A DNA stretch of 64,000 bases from positions 1 to 64,000 of the forward strand of contig NW_026860905.1 in NCBI RefSeq assembly GCF_026571515.1, in the 5' to 3' direction. Under the pieces are notes generated by a model. That model worked only from the letters and a program-made list of their open reading frames with translations, had not been told where the DNA came from and did no database searches. Shown here in pieces: positions 37,278 through 51,232 of this stretch; positions within the stretch are counted from its first letter, which is position 1; each line of letters opens with the position of its first letter. Position numbers and translations under genes: made by a program. Origin of the DNA: Ruditapes philippinarum. Its lineage: Eukaryota.

Positions 37278-39440
37278 GTTTGATGAGAGATAATGGAAAG
37301 GTCTCAGAACATAATAACAATTATAAAATTATATTAACTGTTAATAACAGTGATTATCTTCTTTTGAACATTGCCTCTTTTTGTATTGAAAGTGTTGAAT
37401 GTCATAAAATGTAAGATTTTATGTTGATAAAGATAAAAAATATATATAGTAGCAATGTCTTTTTTTCTTTAAATTGTTGATCAATTTTCATTAAACAAGT
37501 TAGTATGACAGACGGGTGGCATAAATATGTAGCCAAGCAGCTTACAGATAACAGTAATCTGTTTTTCAGATTTGTTTAAATACAAAACTATCTAAAGTTA
37601 ACAGCATACAGCTCTTAGCTATCTAAGGTTCATTCAGTCAGATAAAAGTAAATGCTTATCTTCAATGTTATTGGAATCTTGTTTTCCAGGTCCTCGGATG
37701 TGCCTTGGAGAAAATTTGGCAAAGATGGAGATTTTTCTGATATTTACAAATTTTCTACAAAGATTCACGTTTAAAAGAGAGAACGATGACATCCGCCATT
37801 CTTTTGACTGTATTTTTGAACAGCTGACATCAGCACCACTACCTTACAAAACAAGGCCGATAAGCCGGGTATAAGATGGTCAGACAGAAGTCATGTTGTC
37901 AATTGTGTAAAATGTCGTATCTTATTTTTAGTGTAATTATTTTGTTCTGTCCATGTTGTATCACTTATTGCTGGATATTTGAATCTGCTTAAAGTAGTGC
38001 CAGCGGGAATGAGACATGTCGACTCATTACATTTATATATATGTATGTATTTTATATTCAATTCTCATTAAAAACATCGTTCATTTAAATGTTTACAAAT
38101 GTCTATAGACTGCAAATTTTCCATGACAAATCAATCTTCTGGTGTAAAAGTTACATAATAAATGAATCACGCACACTATGTCTTGTTCTGTTGAACTCTA
38201 TTTCATCTCATCTCGTGCAGCTTTGGCTCCATATTAACGAAGAATTAAGGATCAGAATCAAGATCAGGATCAAAGTTCAAAATTAAAAAATTCTCTAGTG
38301 TATATTCCCATAGCTTCAATTTTCCTTTACTTACCTTATCGAAGCGCTAACAACGACAGTGTGGATTTGGTTGCACATCTTTGCAGTTTTACACACTGAG
38401 CTCTTAACATTGTCCATAATGGTTTTGAATTTTATTTTCAAAGTTCCTAGTTACTTAAGCAGTTGTTGAAATTTGAAGTTGGAAAAATGTTGGTAGTAAA
38501 ATAAATTTACAAATTCGTAGCATGACTTTTATTTATTAATGGTGAATATTGACATACAGAAAACGGAACCTCTAAAGAATGCCCAAAACGACAAAAAAAT
38601 AAAATGTTGCAGCGAGCCTGTTCAATGATGGTACTGGAAAGTGCACGTTACCGTTCACGCCCCCCCCCCCAGCACCGGCTTAATAGAATTAAACATTTAA
38701 ATACGAAAATGGTGAAAGTTAGAATTCACGTGTTCATTGGGCGGTTATCATGGAACCTTCAAAGCGACACTTTCATGCCATTTCATGAAAGTCGGCGTGT
38801 GGCCCCCAAGTAAAAGAAAGTGTGTGCTCCGAAGGAAAAAAACAATGGGCGGAACTAAATAAAATGGAATTTTGAAAAGGGATCAGAGGTTATAAAGCCT
38901 GCTAGAGAGTCTAATTCTTGTGCAAAGTGGTTTATTTTATCATTGCTTGAAATCAAAAATAAGTATAGGGTTAATATCAATGTTGGGTGCCAAAAACAAG
39001 AGTATGTACATGCAGTATCGATATCATAAGAATTGGTGCTCAAAATGATCGCTCAATTAATAGTTTCTAACGGTACACACGTTGTGTCAATTATTGTATT
39101 ACCACAGGTAGGGAATTTAAAATTTGCAGCAGCGCGGTATACCTCTGTCTCTCTACGGTGGCACAGAGGTGACATGTGAATGTTTTTATTCATCTCGTCC
39201 GCCCGACATAGTATCTCGTCCGCCCGACATAGTATCTCGGGCGCACGAGATAAATAAAAGCATACACATGTCACCTCTGTGCAGTGATTTAATTTAATTT
39301 AATTAAGCCGTGCGCACGAGTTATTTGTCGTGCGCACGAATTACTATGTCGTATAATACATTTATAAAAATTCAAGTGAATACTTTCATTTGATTTGAAG
39401 ACAGCTGTTGCAAGTAAAATTTAATTCAAATATCTTAGTT

Positions 39441-40006
39441 AACTAGAAATATGCCATAGGTCAATGATGCCCCTCCTTCACCTGCCTGTCACAGTGGCCT
39501 ATATACACACTTATGCTTTTAGGAAGTTTCACTGTCACATTGACTTTTGACCTTACAACCTCAAAATCAGTAGATATCATATCATCTACTTACCATGAGC
39601 AATATTCCTACCAAGTAACATTAATGGCTTATTTAATCTTGGGTTAATGATTTGACAAGAATTTCACATCATGTGTCTCTGTGGCTTTGCCCTTTGACCT
39701 GATGACATCCAAAATCAATAGAAATTTTCTACTGGTCACTGAGGGACTAAGGGCAATGTATTAAGTAACAATACCAATGGCTTATTCCTTCTTAAGTTAT
39801 TGACTGGACAAGGGGTTTACATTAAGCGTCGCTGTGACCTTGATCTTTGTCCCAATTACCTCAAAATCATTAGGTGTCATCTACTGATTAGGAGCAATGT
39901 CCCTACAAGATAAAATAAACAAGGGCTTATTCTTTCTCGAGTCATCGCATAAACAATGATAACAGACAACAGTATGCTCCCCACTTTTTAAGTGGGGCAT
40001 ATAAAA
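39441..40006 (-). mobile_element. HINE/pearl-like element with ~160-bp internal repeats
   Basis: AACTAG..GATGCCCC at one end and hairpin ATGCTCCCCAC..GTGGGGCATATAAAA at the other. Three degenerate TGACCTTTGACCT..CAAAATC..ATCTACT units. Confidence 0.6.
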
Positions 40007-40251
40007 GGGCCATAGCTCAAAAGAAATGGCTGTCATACGTGACCTCCTGATATGATCCTAACCCTGTATCAATATTCACTTGAATACATTCAGTTATTTT
40101 AAAGATTAATATTGAATGTTAATCTTAACCAGGAACTTTCTAAGTTTAAAACATTAATGTATTTAAAGTGTAATCTAATTAGTTTATAATGTTTTGCGCA
40201 CGGCTTAATTATATCGGTCGCACGGCCTAATTATTTCGTGCCCATGACTTA

Positions 40252-41511
40252 CGAGGGATGTTCAAATATGAATGCAACTAGGTCAATATCTTGTTTTTAA
40301 CCACGTTTTACACGAACTATGTACATGTATCGCATTTGATTCAATTGATAAATACAGGAGTCGCTCGATTAACGTTATCTACTCGTGTAAACTAAAGTTA
40401 AAAATGGTTGGAAAAGGTCTCCTTTCACTGACCAAATACGGTCCTATATAAAGAAAAACCCGCTGTATTCTTAGTATACAGGCGAAATAATATTTAATGA
40501 AATATTGCGTGTGAACTTTCTTTTTTCATCTGTCACACAGTGGTGTAAGAAATTTAAAAGTGGTGTGGATTCAGTAAACGATGCACATCATGCACGCCAT
40601 CCAAAAACTGCAACTTCGCCAAAAAATGTTTGAAAAGTAAAGGATTTGATTGCTACTGAACTAGGTATACAGCTAAATGCATTGGTATCTCTGTAGGGGT
40701 CGCTCATAACATTCTCAGACGTGATTTAAAAATGAGAAGGATAACTGCAAGATGGATACTCCATCTCCTTACAAAAGAGGAAAAACCTTTCTCGGGTAAG
40801 AATCTCCAAACAATTGTTGAAACAGCTCCCTAAATACAACAATCGATTTTTCGCAAATATCATCACTGGCGATGAGACGTGGGTTCAGTTTTATTAAGCG
40901 AAAGAAACATAACAAAATATGGGCAACCAAAGAAAGTCAAGGACCTTGCATAGAAAAACGCACCACGAACGTCATAAAGGTCATGTTTGTAATTTTCTTT
41001 ACCAATCAAGGTCTTGCTATTCAAATTGCCGTACCAAAGGATAAATCGGTAAATACTAAGTTTTACAAAGGCAATGTCCTTCAGAAATTTTCAAAAACCG
41101 TCGACCAGCAACTGGTCTCCGTGGTGTCAGGTTGTTGCATGAATGCTTCGTCACACAAAGAGGCCATTGTACCAAAATATCTGAAACAGGAAAAGGTTGT
41201 CGAGCTTCCCCACTCTTCTTATTCGCCAGATCTTGCCCCTTGTGATTTTTTTTCTATTTCTGAGGCTCAAAAATACATTGCTGGAAGAAAATAACAAACG
41301 TGAAAAAATCTCATTTCGGCTATTTTCCAGTGTCTGAACAGTATACCTCGAAAAGATTATTAAAACGCATTTTAAAATTAGATTAAAAGGTTTAAACTTT
41401 GTATATCTCATGATGGTGACTATTTTGAAGGATTGAGATAATTATTTTGGCATTGTTTGTTAAGCACTTCTGAAAATTAACTCAATTGAATTCATACTTG
41501 AACACCCCTTG
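40252..41511 (+). mobile_element. Mariner (DD34D) transposon, ~1.26 kb, degenerate transposase
   Basis: TA|CGAGGGATGTTCAAATATGAAT / ATTCATACTTGAACACCCCTTG TIRs. Motifs WILHLL (WVPHxL), ITGDETWV and YSPDLAPCDF, with frameshifts. Confidence 0.9.
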
Positions 41512-42084
41512 GAGTATCCGTTACGCAAGACATAGTGCGCAATACTAAATTATCTCGTGCCCACGACATAGTATCTCATGCGCACAACATAGTATCTCGT
41601 GCACACGACTTATTTATCTCGTGTACACGAGATACTATGTCGTGCGCACGAGATAAATAAAAAAAACACACATGCATGTTACCTCTGTGCTATCGTATCT
41701 CACTTTGTAAATACAACTACTGAAAATATCGAAGAAAGGCCAAATAGAATTCAAAGACAACCGCATTGATTATGTACAGAATGACAAAAGCGTATGTTCT
41801 TTATTGAAAATTGCATGTTTAAATGATCATTGGTTGCGCGTATGGATAATAGGAATATGTAATTAGAACTGTGCTATTTTTACTTCATACGTAAGTCATA
41901 CCGGTAGAAACGTTATATTTTCAAAACCGAGACATACATTATTATATCATTAGGTACGTAAATTTTATTTGATTTTGTCTCGATTTTACCTTTGATAAAA
42001 TAAGATCTTTTTCGTATACTTCAGTCGTACTTTCATTTAATTATGTGTATTTAACAACTGAAAATATTTCCAGAATATTCAAGT

Positions 42085-42285
42085 ATGGATGACAGTAAAA
42101 AGGGAAACGAAAGTGAAAAGATCTTAGATGTCCCTATGTCCAGTTTAGTAGCGAGTTACTCTCCGCCGAAAAAGATACCCCTTCCAACGGAAAGACCGAG
42201 ACCGAACCCACAACCTCAAGCTCCTCCGCCTCGAGATCATCTCGCAGGGCTTGAAACAGGTTCTGACAATACATACATTGCGTAA
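42085..42285 (+). CDS. Short proline-rich ORF or terminal exon of unknown gene (66 aa)
   Basis: Acceptor TTTCCAG at 42073, good Kozak AGTATGG, coding-like GC and composition. MDDSKK...PPKKIPLPTERPRPNPQPQAPPPRD...DNTYIA*. Confidence 0.5.
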   Translation: MDDSKKGNESEKILDVPMSSLVASYSPPKKIPLPTERPRPNPQPQAPPPRDHLAGLETGSDNTYIA

Positions 42286-43192
42286 ACAACTTCCGGTTTA
42301 AATATCAACCGACTCTGTTACAATTCTTTGTGAATATACATTTAATACATCAAATATAAAGGCATTTTGGATATATACAAGACTTTATAAATGAGAAAAG
42401 ATCATCAAGACTGTGTGTTTCTTTAATCAGCATCGGATTTGTTACAACAAAGAAATTGAGAAGTGAAAACAAGCTATATAAAATATTTTAATTATGTAAT
42501 TGAAGACATAACGCTTAACAAAAATGACATACACAAAAAGACTATTATCTTTCAACATTTCAACAATTTTCTTCTGTAGGTGGTTTAAGTAGAGTGTATC
42601 TTTGAATTTACAATTCGTTAATTCTTACATATACTTGTCATGAATATGACAAACTTTGAAAGATAAAACAAATTCATTCTCACATAAATTGCCAAGTTTT
42701 AGTTTTTTCTATATTCCTGTGTCGCCCATATTAGACCATTTGGATTAAAATTTTGATTTTGATTTAATATGCATTATATATACATGTATACTATATATCT
42801 GCCTCAATGTATATGATTCCTGTTTTCAGTGAATAACAACCATTGTGACTAATATATTGTTGTTGAAGAATCAGAAAGTCTCCTTCCTGAGCAATGGAGC
42901 TAATGTTTCTTCTTTTCGGGAAGTGTTCCGAATTTTGTTTACCCCGCTGGAACCTACATACTTGTTTCGGGAGATGTGTACAGTCTATATTAAGTGAGAT
43001 TCCATCGCTAATGCAGCTTTCGCTGTCAAATACGTTCGCCCGGACATGTCACGTGTTAATTTTGTGTGAAAATTTACCGCCATATAATTTATATATATAT
43101 ATATATAAACTTTGAGCTTTTAAGTCGATGGAAGGTGATTGCACAACGGTCATTATATTTGACAATTTCGAAGTTTTTTTTCATTGATATAT

Positions 43193-43389
43193 GAGCCGCG
43201 ACATGACATAACCAACATAGTGCGTTTGCGACCAGCATGGATCCCGGCCACAAACTTACAAACTCTATAACAAGTAGAGGAACTGATAGCGAACATCATG
43301 GATCCTGATCAGACTGCGCAGATGCGCAGGCTGGTCTGGATCCATGCTGGTCGCAAATCCATTATGTTGGTTTTGTCATGGTGCGGCTC
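43193..43389. mobile_element. Sola-like MITE, copy 3
   Basis: Same TIRs; TSD ATAT; absent from the paralogous segment near 49998. Confidence 0.85.
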
Positions 43390-45041
43390 ATATATGTATT
43401 ATAAAACTTTTTGTAATGATTTCTCTATAAAATCACAACTCAAATTAGAAATATATTATATACTGTTATGTTTCATTTACAACTTCTTTATAGTGTAACT
43501 TGGGAGTGATTCATATCTTGATTGCACAGCAGACGACATGCAATTAAAAAAGTCTACTATTGTAATGTTATCATTATAATCCCCGATTTATACAGAGTGA
43601 TACAAGATAATATTTTGTTACGAAGTTTCCGTCAATCAAATTACACTGATTTATCATTTTTATCATAATGCATTTATAACAAAATAAAAAGCTTATTCAG
43701 TGATACACACCCCCTAATACACGCGTTTAAGGAAACTTGAGTTAATTCATATATAAATAAATCAGAAGCTATTTTACTTTTACGAAAGCAAATACATAAA
43801 AATAAGAAAATACATAAAAGAATAACAAAGATCTAGATACAATACAAAGATGATATAATATTTGTAAGAATTTTGTATCTTGCTGTAGGAGTTGTCTTCC
43901 CTGCTTTCACATAAATTAATTGTATACATAATACATTGTACAAGCATCTTGCAATGATTTTAAAATTTAGTTTCATACTTTTCTCGACATATTATGATTT
44001 CCATAAGGTCAACATTTCTATCTGGTGAATCTCTATATTTATCATGTTTTGATATTTTACAATCCTACATTCGTGCTTATAGTGACTTTTAGTCACTATA
44101 GGTCTGGCTAGAAATATTAATGTTTGTTTTTACATAATTAAAATCTAGTTGTATATAGCCCCATTACATAATCATATCTAAATATTCTCGTTATCTTCTT
44201 GTACCTAATCGTCAGACATTTCTATTTTGATACACTTGTAATAAAATTACTTTATTGAATATTCAATTAAAAAGATCTCTTAGAATATATAATAGTTTTA
44301 TTACAATTCCCGTCTTTATCAAGATATGTTTTACAGGCTATAACCGTTTGTTACATGTCCAAATACCGACATCGCATTCTCCTTTGAAGTAGACAATATT
44401 CTTGATAATTAGATAATTATGTGTAAATAGCGTTACTTTTCACACCGATCAAGATAAAAAGTAATATATATAAAGACGAAATTTTGTCAAGAAACCATAG
44501 TTATTCTTTAATTATAAAATATAGACTAAACATTCTTTGCTAGCTTTATTTTGCCAACTTGACAGAATTCTAAAACGTATTTGAAGGTAAGCTTAACTTA
44601 TTTTTCTCTCTTTATTATGCATTCCGCGAAAAATCTTTCATATATTTTTCCCTTCCGTTTATTTAGCATAACTTAAGTATTTCATCCAGACAATTCTTGT
44701 ATATATTACCTCTTTAGCATATCCAGGATACACTTACATACGAAATATGTAAATTTTAAAGTGAATTAAAAGGTGAATCCTTCCGCTCACAAGATGTTAT
44801 TGCAAGTGAAACCTGATAATCTTGAATGATTCTTTAATTTTGAATTATGGCTTATACTTATTTTTTTCAAGTTTTATGAAAAGAAATAACAATGGATTTA
44901 AAATACAATTTCAGTATATATATTTTAGAGAGATCTTATGTGAAATAACTTTTACAAAGCTTATTAGTCATTTGTATAAAAATATATATCAGCAGAAATA
45001 TATATGTACTTATAATGTTTGTCATTTCAGGTTTTAAAAAT

Positions 45042-47172
45042 ATGGCATTTTTATCATTAACCACAGTTCTAGTTGTCTTAGTTTCCATGGATACACAATC
45101 ATTCGCTATGCACATCGATGTCGAATTTGGCAACTTTGAAGGTAACTTTTTCACCTTATTTAAAGCCACCTATCATAAATCTTTACCTATTCCTTCAAAA
45201 TCCAATTCTTAAATTGAGATAGTATTAAAAGTTTATTAAGATGTTCAAAAATCAAATTTATAAATGAAGATACAGTGTAGTATTGTAAATCTATTAAGTC
45301 GAAGCTCATAGAAAACATTCTAAGACAGACCGCTGAAATAAAATATGTGTAATTCGTTTTATTTAATTAACATATGGTTAATTTTGACAACATGAATCAT
45401 TATATTTTTCAGCATTGACTTGCTACACTTGCCCAGATAAACACAACAACAAACAATGCAACAAGTGGGCTCCTGATATCCCTTGTCCATTTAGTAAGTG
45501 TACAAGTTTTCAAAAAAGTAAAAAAGACATAAAAATCAACAGCTAAAACAAAAGCCAAAAAAAAAAAAAAGAGAGAAAAATAAACAAGAAAGAGAAGATT
45601 GATGATAACCATAGGCACATGTTTCGCGGGTTGAGACCCTGTCAAATTTATCTGAATATAACGATTTTAATGTTAAGTATATACGTTCTTTTAATACCCC
45701 CATTTTTTACGTGTAAGAATGGTCCAAGTGCCTATGATACTAACATACCAAACAGTTAATCTGCAGCCTGTCCTGCCACACAGATTCTGTTGTTTCTCAA
45801 TTTTAGTATCTTGATAATGCTTGTTAATTATCATAACTAGTGGATTTGTTTTAAAGTCTATCATACAAACCAGCCGTTGAAGGAACGGACATTTTTTTAA
45901 ATTCAACCACGGATTTATATTACTAATATAAATCCGTGATTCAACTAATTAGCTATAGACTGATCTAATTAAAGTAAACGACATCAATAACTTATAACAT
46001 TTACTTTGTAGGACACACAGTATGCACGACTGTACATCGTTTCAACAACAGCACAGGACAAAGCTTACAGGTGGACAAAATGTGTGCCATGCCAGAACAT
46101 TGTACCAGTGATGACGTGGGTTGCAGGGCTACCGACATAGAAGGAGAAATCGTAAGTTTAAATTATATTGAATTCTAGTTTAATTATAAACTAAACAATA
46201 AGAATTGATCAAATTATAGGCGGAACTTAATGTAAGACTTTTTATGAACTCTGTGTTATTATAAGAACTCTTGTCATTATTGTATTGTATTGTATATATG
46301 CCATGATCACAATATGCCATGACTCTATTATGTCAGTTCGTGAATAAATATATCATCAGCAATTTGAATAAGAAAAAATAATAATAACAATATCAATCAT
46401 TTTAATAAATTTGAACATAACTAGTTGAGACGAAGCAATGCATTTTGCTGAAATTTGCTGATCTTGTGAGTAAACATGTTTATATTTTATGTATCTAAAT
46501 ATAGAGAATACTATCCTAGTGTCTGATATTACAAAGTTTTTCAGACAAGGCTAAAAAGAGCGAATCTCTGCAGAGTCCTTCATTTTTTTTCGTGCCGAGT
46601 CTGATAAATTTTATTTTATCAGACACTTGTTTGGTATTTTATTCATCATGTTTGCATTTTTCACAAGCGTTTCTTCCTTTAAATTTCAAACGTGTTCATG
46701 CCGCGCGCAGTGAAATGCGAAGGATAATATTTTTAAGAAATAGTTTCTAATGTGTTTGTCAAATATAAGAGAGATTTTAAAATCCAACACTGTATTTGAT
46801 TCAAAGTTTAATATTTTCAAACTAGTTGGAGATAAGATATTCCATTCTCTTCATTTTATTTCAATATGCATTGATGAGGTATCTGATAAAGCTGAAGGTG
46901 ACTGATAAAACTGTATTTATCAAGCATGGACTTTATCAACAGAAATCATTGTAATGATATGATAAAAAATAATATTTTATTAAATCTTTTATTTACAGGA
47001 ATGCATTTCCTGCTGTACAGTATCCTATTGTAACGTCGCCGTACCGTATAACGTTACTACGTCACAGACGCTATCCATTTCTCAGACTGGTTCAACAGGA
47101 AGTCACGTGTCGATTATAGACTGGTTAATGCTTGTTGCTACATTTTCGTTGACAACTTTAGGCAACATCTGA
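45042..47172 (+). CDS. Ly6/uPAR three-finger protein, LYPD6/LYPD6B-like, GPI-anchored (164 aa), copy A
   Basis: Exons 45042-45141, 45413-45493, 46012-46151, 46999-47172. Signal peptide, LTCYTC...12 Cys...SCCTVSYCN, Ser/Thr spacer, hydrophobic C-terminal GPI signal. Upstream non-coding exon ends at GAAG|GTAAGC 44586; TATA ~44465. Confidence 0.9.
45908..45938. mobile_element. 31-bp palindromic transposon footprint with 7-bp TSD, copy 3
   Basis: CACGGATTTATATTAC+TAATATAAATCCGTG flanked by ATTCAAC. The paralogous intron carries a single ATTCAAC (62118-62124). Confidence 0.88.
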
Positions 47173-49169
47173 AATGCATTATATGCGTTAAAGTAGAAGT
47201 GCAGCCTTCCAAGTGCTATATATAATATAATTTAATCCGTAAAAATAAAGACAGACAATAAACAAATTTCATGGTCAATCTATGTGAGAAGCTGTTTGAT
47301 GTGAAAATCGTTATGTCAACTTGCAATTACTTGATGAACTTGCAAGTGATTTATTCTATGGTATCAGTGAGGAAATATTTATATTTGTTTATATATTTAT
47401 GTACTTGCATATGAATAATTAAACTGAGTAGTTTAAAAAAAGCCTTGTTCTTTTTCTATATATATGCACATACTTTTGAAAAAAGGAATTAAGGAAACGA
47501 AAGACTCCCATATTACAACTAAAAAAGCAACAGAAAAAAAACACCAAGGGAATGGTCTTTTTTTTTTATACATTTTAAGAACGGATATGCGTTCGCACGT
47601 GCGCGCATGTGTACTGGCAGACTTACATAAGCTTCGTTACCTCATACGTATCCTCTGCTCAGAAACGGATTATGTAAATTATTTCTCACGAAAACATACA
47701 CGTTCAATGTGAAAATTAAACCTTCTGATTCTGATTATAAATAACCTGTCAGCATTTGTAGTTATCTCACGCTGCAAGATAGGAGTGTTACTTTGGCTAT
47801 CGCCCGTTTTCCGTCCTCTTCTGAGTTAAATGCCGAGATGACTGGGATATTTTTTAATAAAACTTCATGTTGGTCCAGGAACTCGTACATAATATGTTAA
47901 CTCCGCCTTCTGTCCTGTCCGTCAAAATCTCTAGGAAATTGGTCAACACTTAATTAACTGTTAACCAATATTGATAGTTGCCTTTTCCTAATAATAACTA
48001 TCAAACAGGGTTATAAAAATGTATTGTCTTTCTAATTCACAAGTTCTCCAAATTACAAACTTTGTTTTAGATGTACATTTTAATTATTCGGAGTCATGTT
48101 TTCCGGCCGGAGGCCGTCTGTTTTCGGTTGGACTTCCTGTAAAATTTAAAGAGAAACCAACTCCCATCTTCGCTAACCTTTACATTTTTTTTTCATATAA
48201 TTATAATATTGAGAAATATTGAGCAATTTTCTGATATGATTGGTTACATATAAGTAATGTTGATACGAATATTAAATCAACAATTGAAAAAATTTGAAAC
48301 CTTACACTTATATGGATCAATTCTATTGAAGTTGTCTCCATGACAACAGGTTCACGGTTACTGACAAGACCTTAAACCACGAAGACGAGAAAAGGCGCCC
48401 ATTCTGAGCGCGTAGTGTGCACGAGCTGTTGAATTTATACACGCCTGCATTTCCGGGTGAACAAGATTTGTATGTTGATATATATAGATATTCTATATTT
48501 ATAAGCCTGCATTAAAAGTACGAGAATGAGCTCGGCACAATTATAAAAGTGACCATTTACTTTGCAGTGGATTATTCATGCATGAAATGCCATTCCACGC
48601 TTGTTCTGTTTTTGATTCTAAGTCTATGTTAATCGAAAGTATGTTTTCAAAGCGGCGGGAAACCAGCATTTCTAATAAAAGATTGCGGCTGCTTAATAAT
48701 AATTTCTTGAAATGTTTGAACATATAAATAAAATCCATATGAAAGTGTACGATTCTGATATGACGGGAAAAATACGCAGAGAGCAGTTTGTCGTCTGTAA
48801 ACACAAGAGAAAATGGTTTATCATAGACGCATGGACTTTTTTGCAAGATAAATTTACATGAAAATGTATGTAAATTATAAAGTTGGTTAAAAGTTACAAA
48901 CTTTACAATACAGTTAATAAATCTAATAGCTACAGTGATCATACGTGGTCCAGGGGAATGGGTTATCTGAAAATTTCCATTCTTCCGCCAGTGCTTCTCG
49001 ATCTCGAGAGTATGACCACATTTTTCACAGCAGTGAAACGTATTCTTTCTATCCTTACTAAACTGTCTTTACTTTTATAAAGTAACTCAGAATCTATGAA
49101 CCCGATGTACGACCACGAGGTATAAAAAATAAGAAAGGAAATTTGAAACATGTATCCTATATATGTGCC

Positions 49170-50846
49170 ATCGTATCTCACCCTTGTAAATACCGAATAT
49201 AGGCAAAATAGAATTCAAATTATATACAAAAGTTTTTATTGAGAAATGCATGTCTACTTGATTACTGATTGTGCTATTTTTACATCATACGTAGGTCATA
49301 TACTTTTTAAAAAGAGAGACATAAATTCTTATAAAGGTACGTAGATTCTGTTTGATTTTGTCTTGATTTTACCATTGATATTTTAAGATTTCTTTCGTAT
49401 ATACTTCAGTCGTACTTTTTTTAAAAAATAATTTCTATTTAACAACATATGAATATGACAAAGACATAACAAATACATTCTCACATAAATTGCAAGTTTT
49501 AATTATTTCTTTCTATATTCCTGTAAATATGAATTATTTATACATGTGTATATAAGTAAGATTCTTTTCTGCGTTCCTATTTTCAGTGAATAACAACAAG
49601 TGTGACTAATATATTGTTGTTGTTTATATAACTTGAAGAATCAGAAAGTATCCTTCCTGAGCAATGGAGAAAATGTTCCTTCTTTTCGGGAAGTGTACCG
49701 AATATTGTTTACCCTGCAGGTGCTACCTACTGGTTTCACTCTCCGTGTAACCTATGTTTAGTGAGATTCCATCCGCCCGTTAAAGCAGAAATGCAGCTGT
49801 CGCTGTCGAATACGTACCCCCGGACATGTCACCAGGCATGCCAAGGAAGAGCTAATTTTGTTGTAAAATTCACCGCCATATAATTTCCACGGAGTATTAG
49901 CAAAATAAGTGAACTGTAATGCCGAAAAAAGGTCATTGCACAACGGTCATTAATATTCGACAATTTTGACATTAATTTTCTGGAAGTTTTTTTTTTGATA
50001 ATGTATAATAATAATGTGTAATGATTTCTCTATTAAAACACAAGTCAAATTACAATTATATCATATACTGTTCTGTTTCATTTACAACTTGTTTAGGTGA
50101 TTCATATCTTGATTGCACAGCAGACGACATGCAATTTTGTTAATCCACTATTGTATTTTTATCATTATAGTCCCCGACTTATACAACCCATGTGTGATAA
50201 TATTTTGTTAGGAAGTTTCCGTTTATCAAATTACATTGGTGAATATTTTTTATCATAAATGCATTTATAACAAATAAGCTTATTTAGAGATATACACCCC
50301 TAATACATGAGTTTAACGAAACTTGAGTTCATCCATATATAAATAAACCCGAAAATACATCAAAAATAAGAAAATACATAAAAGAATTACAAAGATCTAG
50401 ATACAATACATGTACTACGATGACATAATCGTTGTAAGAATTTTGCATCTTGCTGTAGGAGTTGTCTTCCCTGCTTTCATATAAATGAATGATGACATAA
50501 AAAAGTAACTTGCAAGGATTTTGAAATTCAGTTTCATATTTTGCCGACATATTATGACTTCCATAAGGTCAACATTTTTAGCTTGTGAATCTCTATATTT
50601 ATCATGTTTAAATATTTTACAATCTTTCAGTCGTGCTTTTACTGACTATATTAAAATATTTATACGTCCTAAAAATATTAATATTTGTTTTTACATTATT
50701 AAAATCTAGTAGTTGGCTGATTACATAATTATATCTAAATATTCTCGTTATCTTCTTGTATTTAATCGTGAGACATTTCTATTTAAATACACTTCTAATA
50801 AAAAGACTTAATTGATGAAATCAATTAAAATCATCACGTAAAATCT
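49170..50846 (+). repeat. Segmental duplicate of ~41690-44290 (upstream region of the Ly6 gene)
   Basis: Collinear similarity, e.g. GAAGAATCAGAAAGT..CCTGAGCAATGGAG and GATTGCACAGCAGACGACATGCAATT. Lacks the 42085 ORF and the 43193 MITE. Confidence 0.85.
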
Positions 50847-51232
50847 ATAATAATAATAATAATAATAATAATCTTTTATTATAGTGACATGTGTTTTCGT
50901 ACATGAAAATTACATATATACAATGTAAATAAAGAACACCCGGCCTTATAGGCCTATAGGTCACCTTAACAACAGTATAAAATGCACGTGAATATATACA
51001 AATGGACAATTGAAATAATAAGAGTCTGTGTATGTCACAATAGGGACTACGATGGGATACTAGGCCGACCACAATTGCTATCTAAAACAACCAACAACTC
51101 AGAACAGAAAATATATACAAATTTATTTACAAGAAATGAATATCTATAAATGAAAAATGATTATATATGAAAAGTCACTGCGTAAACAAACACTATCAAC
51201 GTATCTCAGTCTATTTCTCCCGTAAAGTTTCT

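Larger units (their letters stand above)
32111..37874 (+). pseudogene. Cytochrome P450, CYP2 clan, probably disrupted
   Basis: Exons: ~32100-32681 (5' ~170 nt garbled; SPGP remnant ~32192; WKVLR), split exon ~33058-33146 + ~34258-34296, then 34631-34799, 35301-35437 (AGSETT), 36523-36616 (EIQR), 36981-37184 (PERF, PFSI), 37690-37874 (GPRMCLG). Exon 2 is interrupted by a 1.1-kb repeat element. Confidence 0.8.
39156..41695. mobile_element. TA-flanked MITE with 21-bp internal repeats, host to nested insertions
   Basis: TA|CGGTGGCACAGAGGTGACATG ... CATGTTACCTCTGTGCTATCG|TA. Repeated TCGTGCGCACGACATAGTATC-like units at 39195-39350, ~40195-40248 and 41520-41652. Confidence 0.65.

Noticed and set aside
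38100-38418. Minus-strand small gene (MDNVKSSVCK... with donor at 38335, then an LILILIL stretch)
   Set aside because: The implied intron is only ~40 bp and the downstream frames contain stops. At best a decayed fragment.
39195-41652. 21-bp repeats as a CRISPR array
   Set aside because: They are internal tandem repeats of a TIR-bounded MITE and have no spacers.
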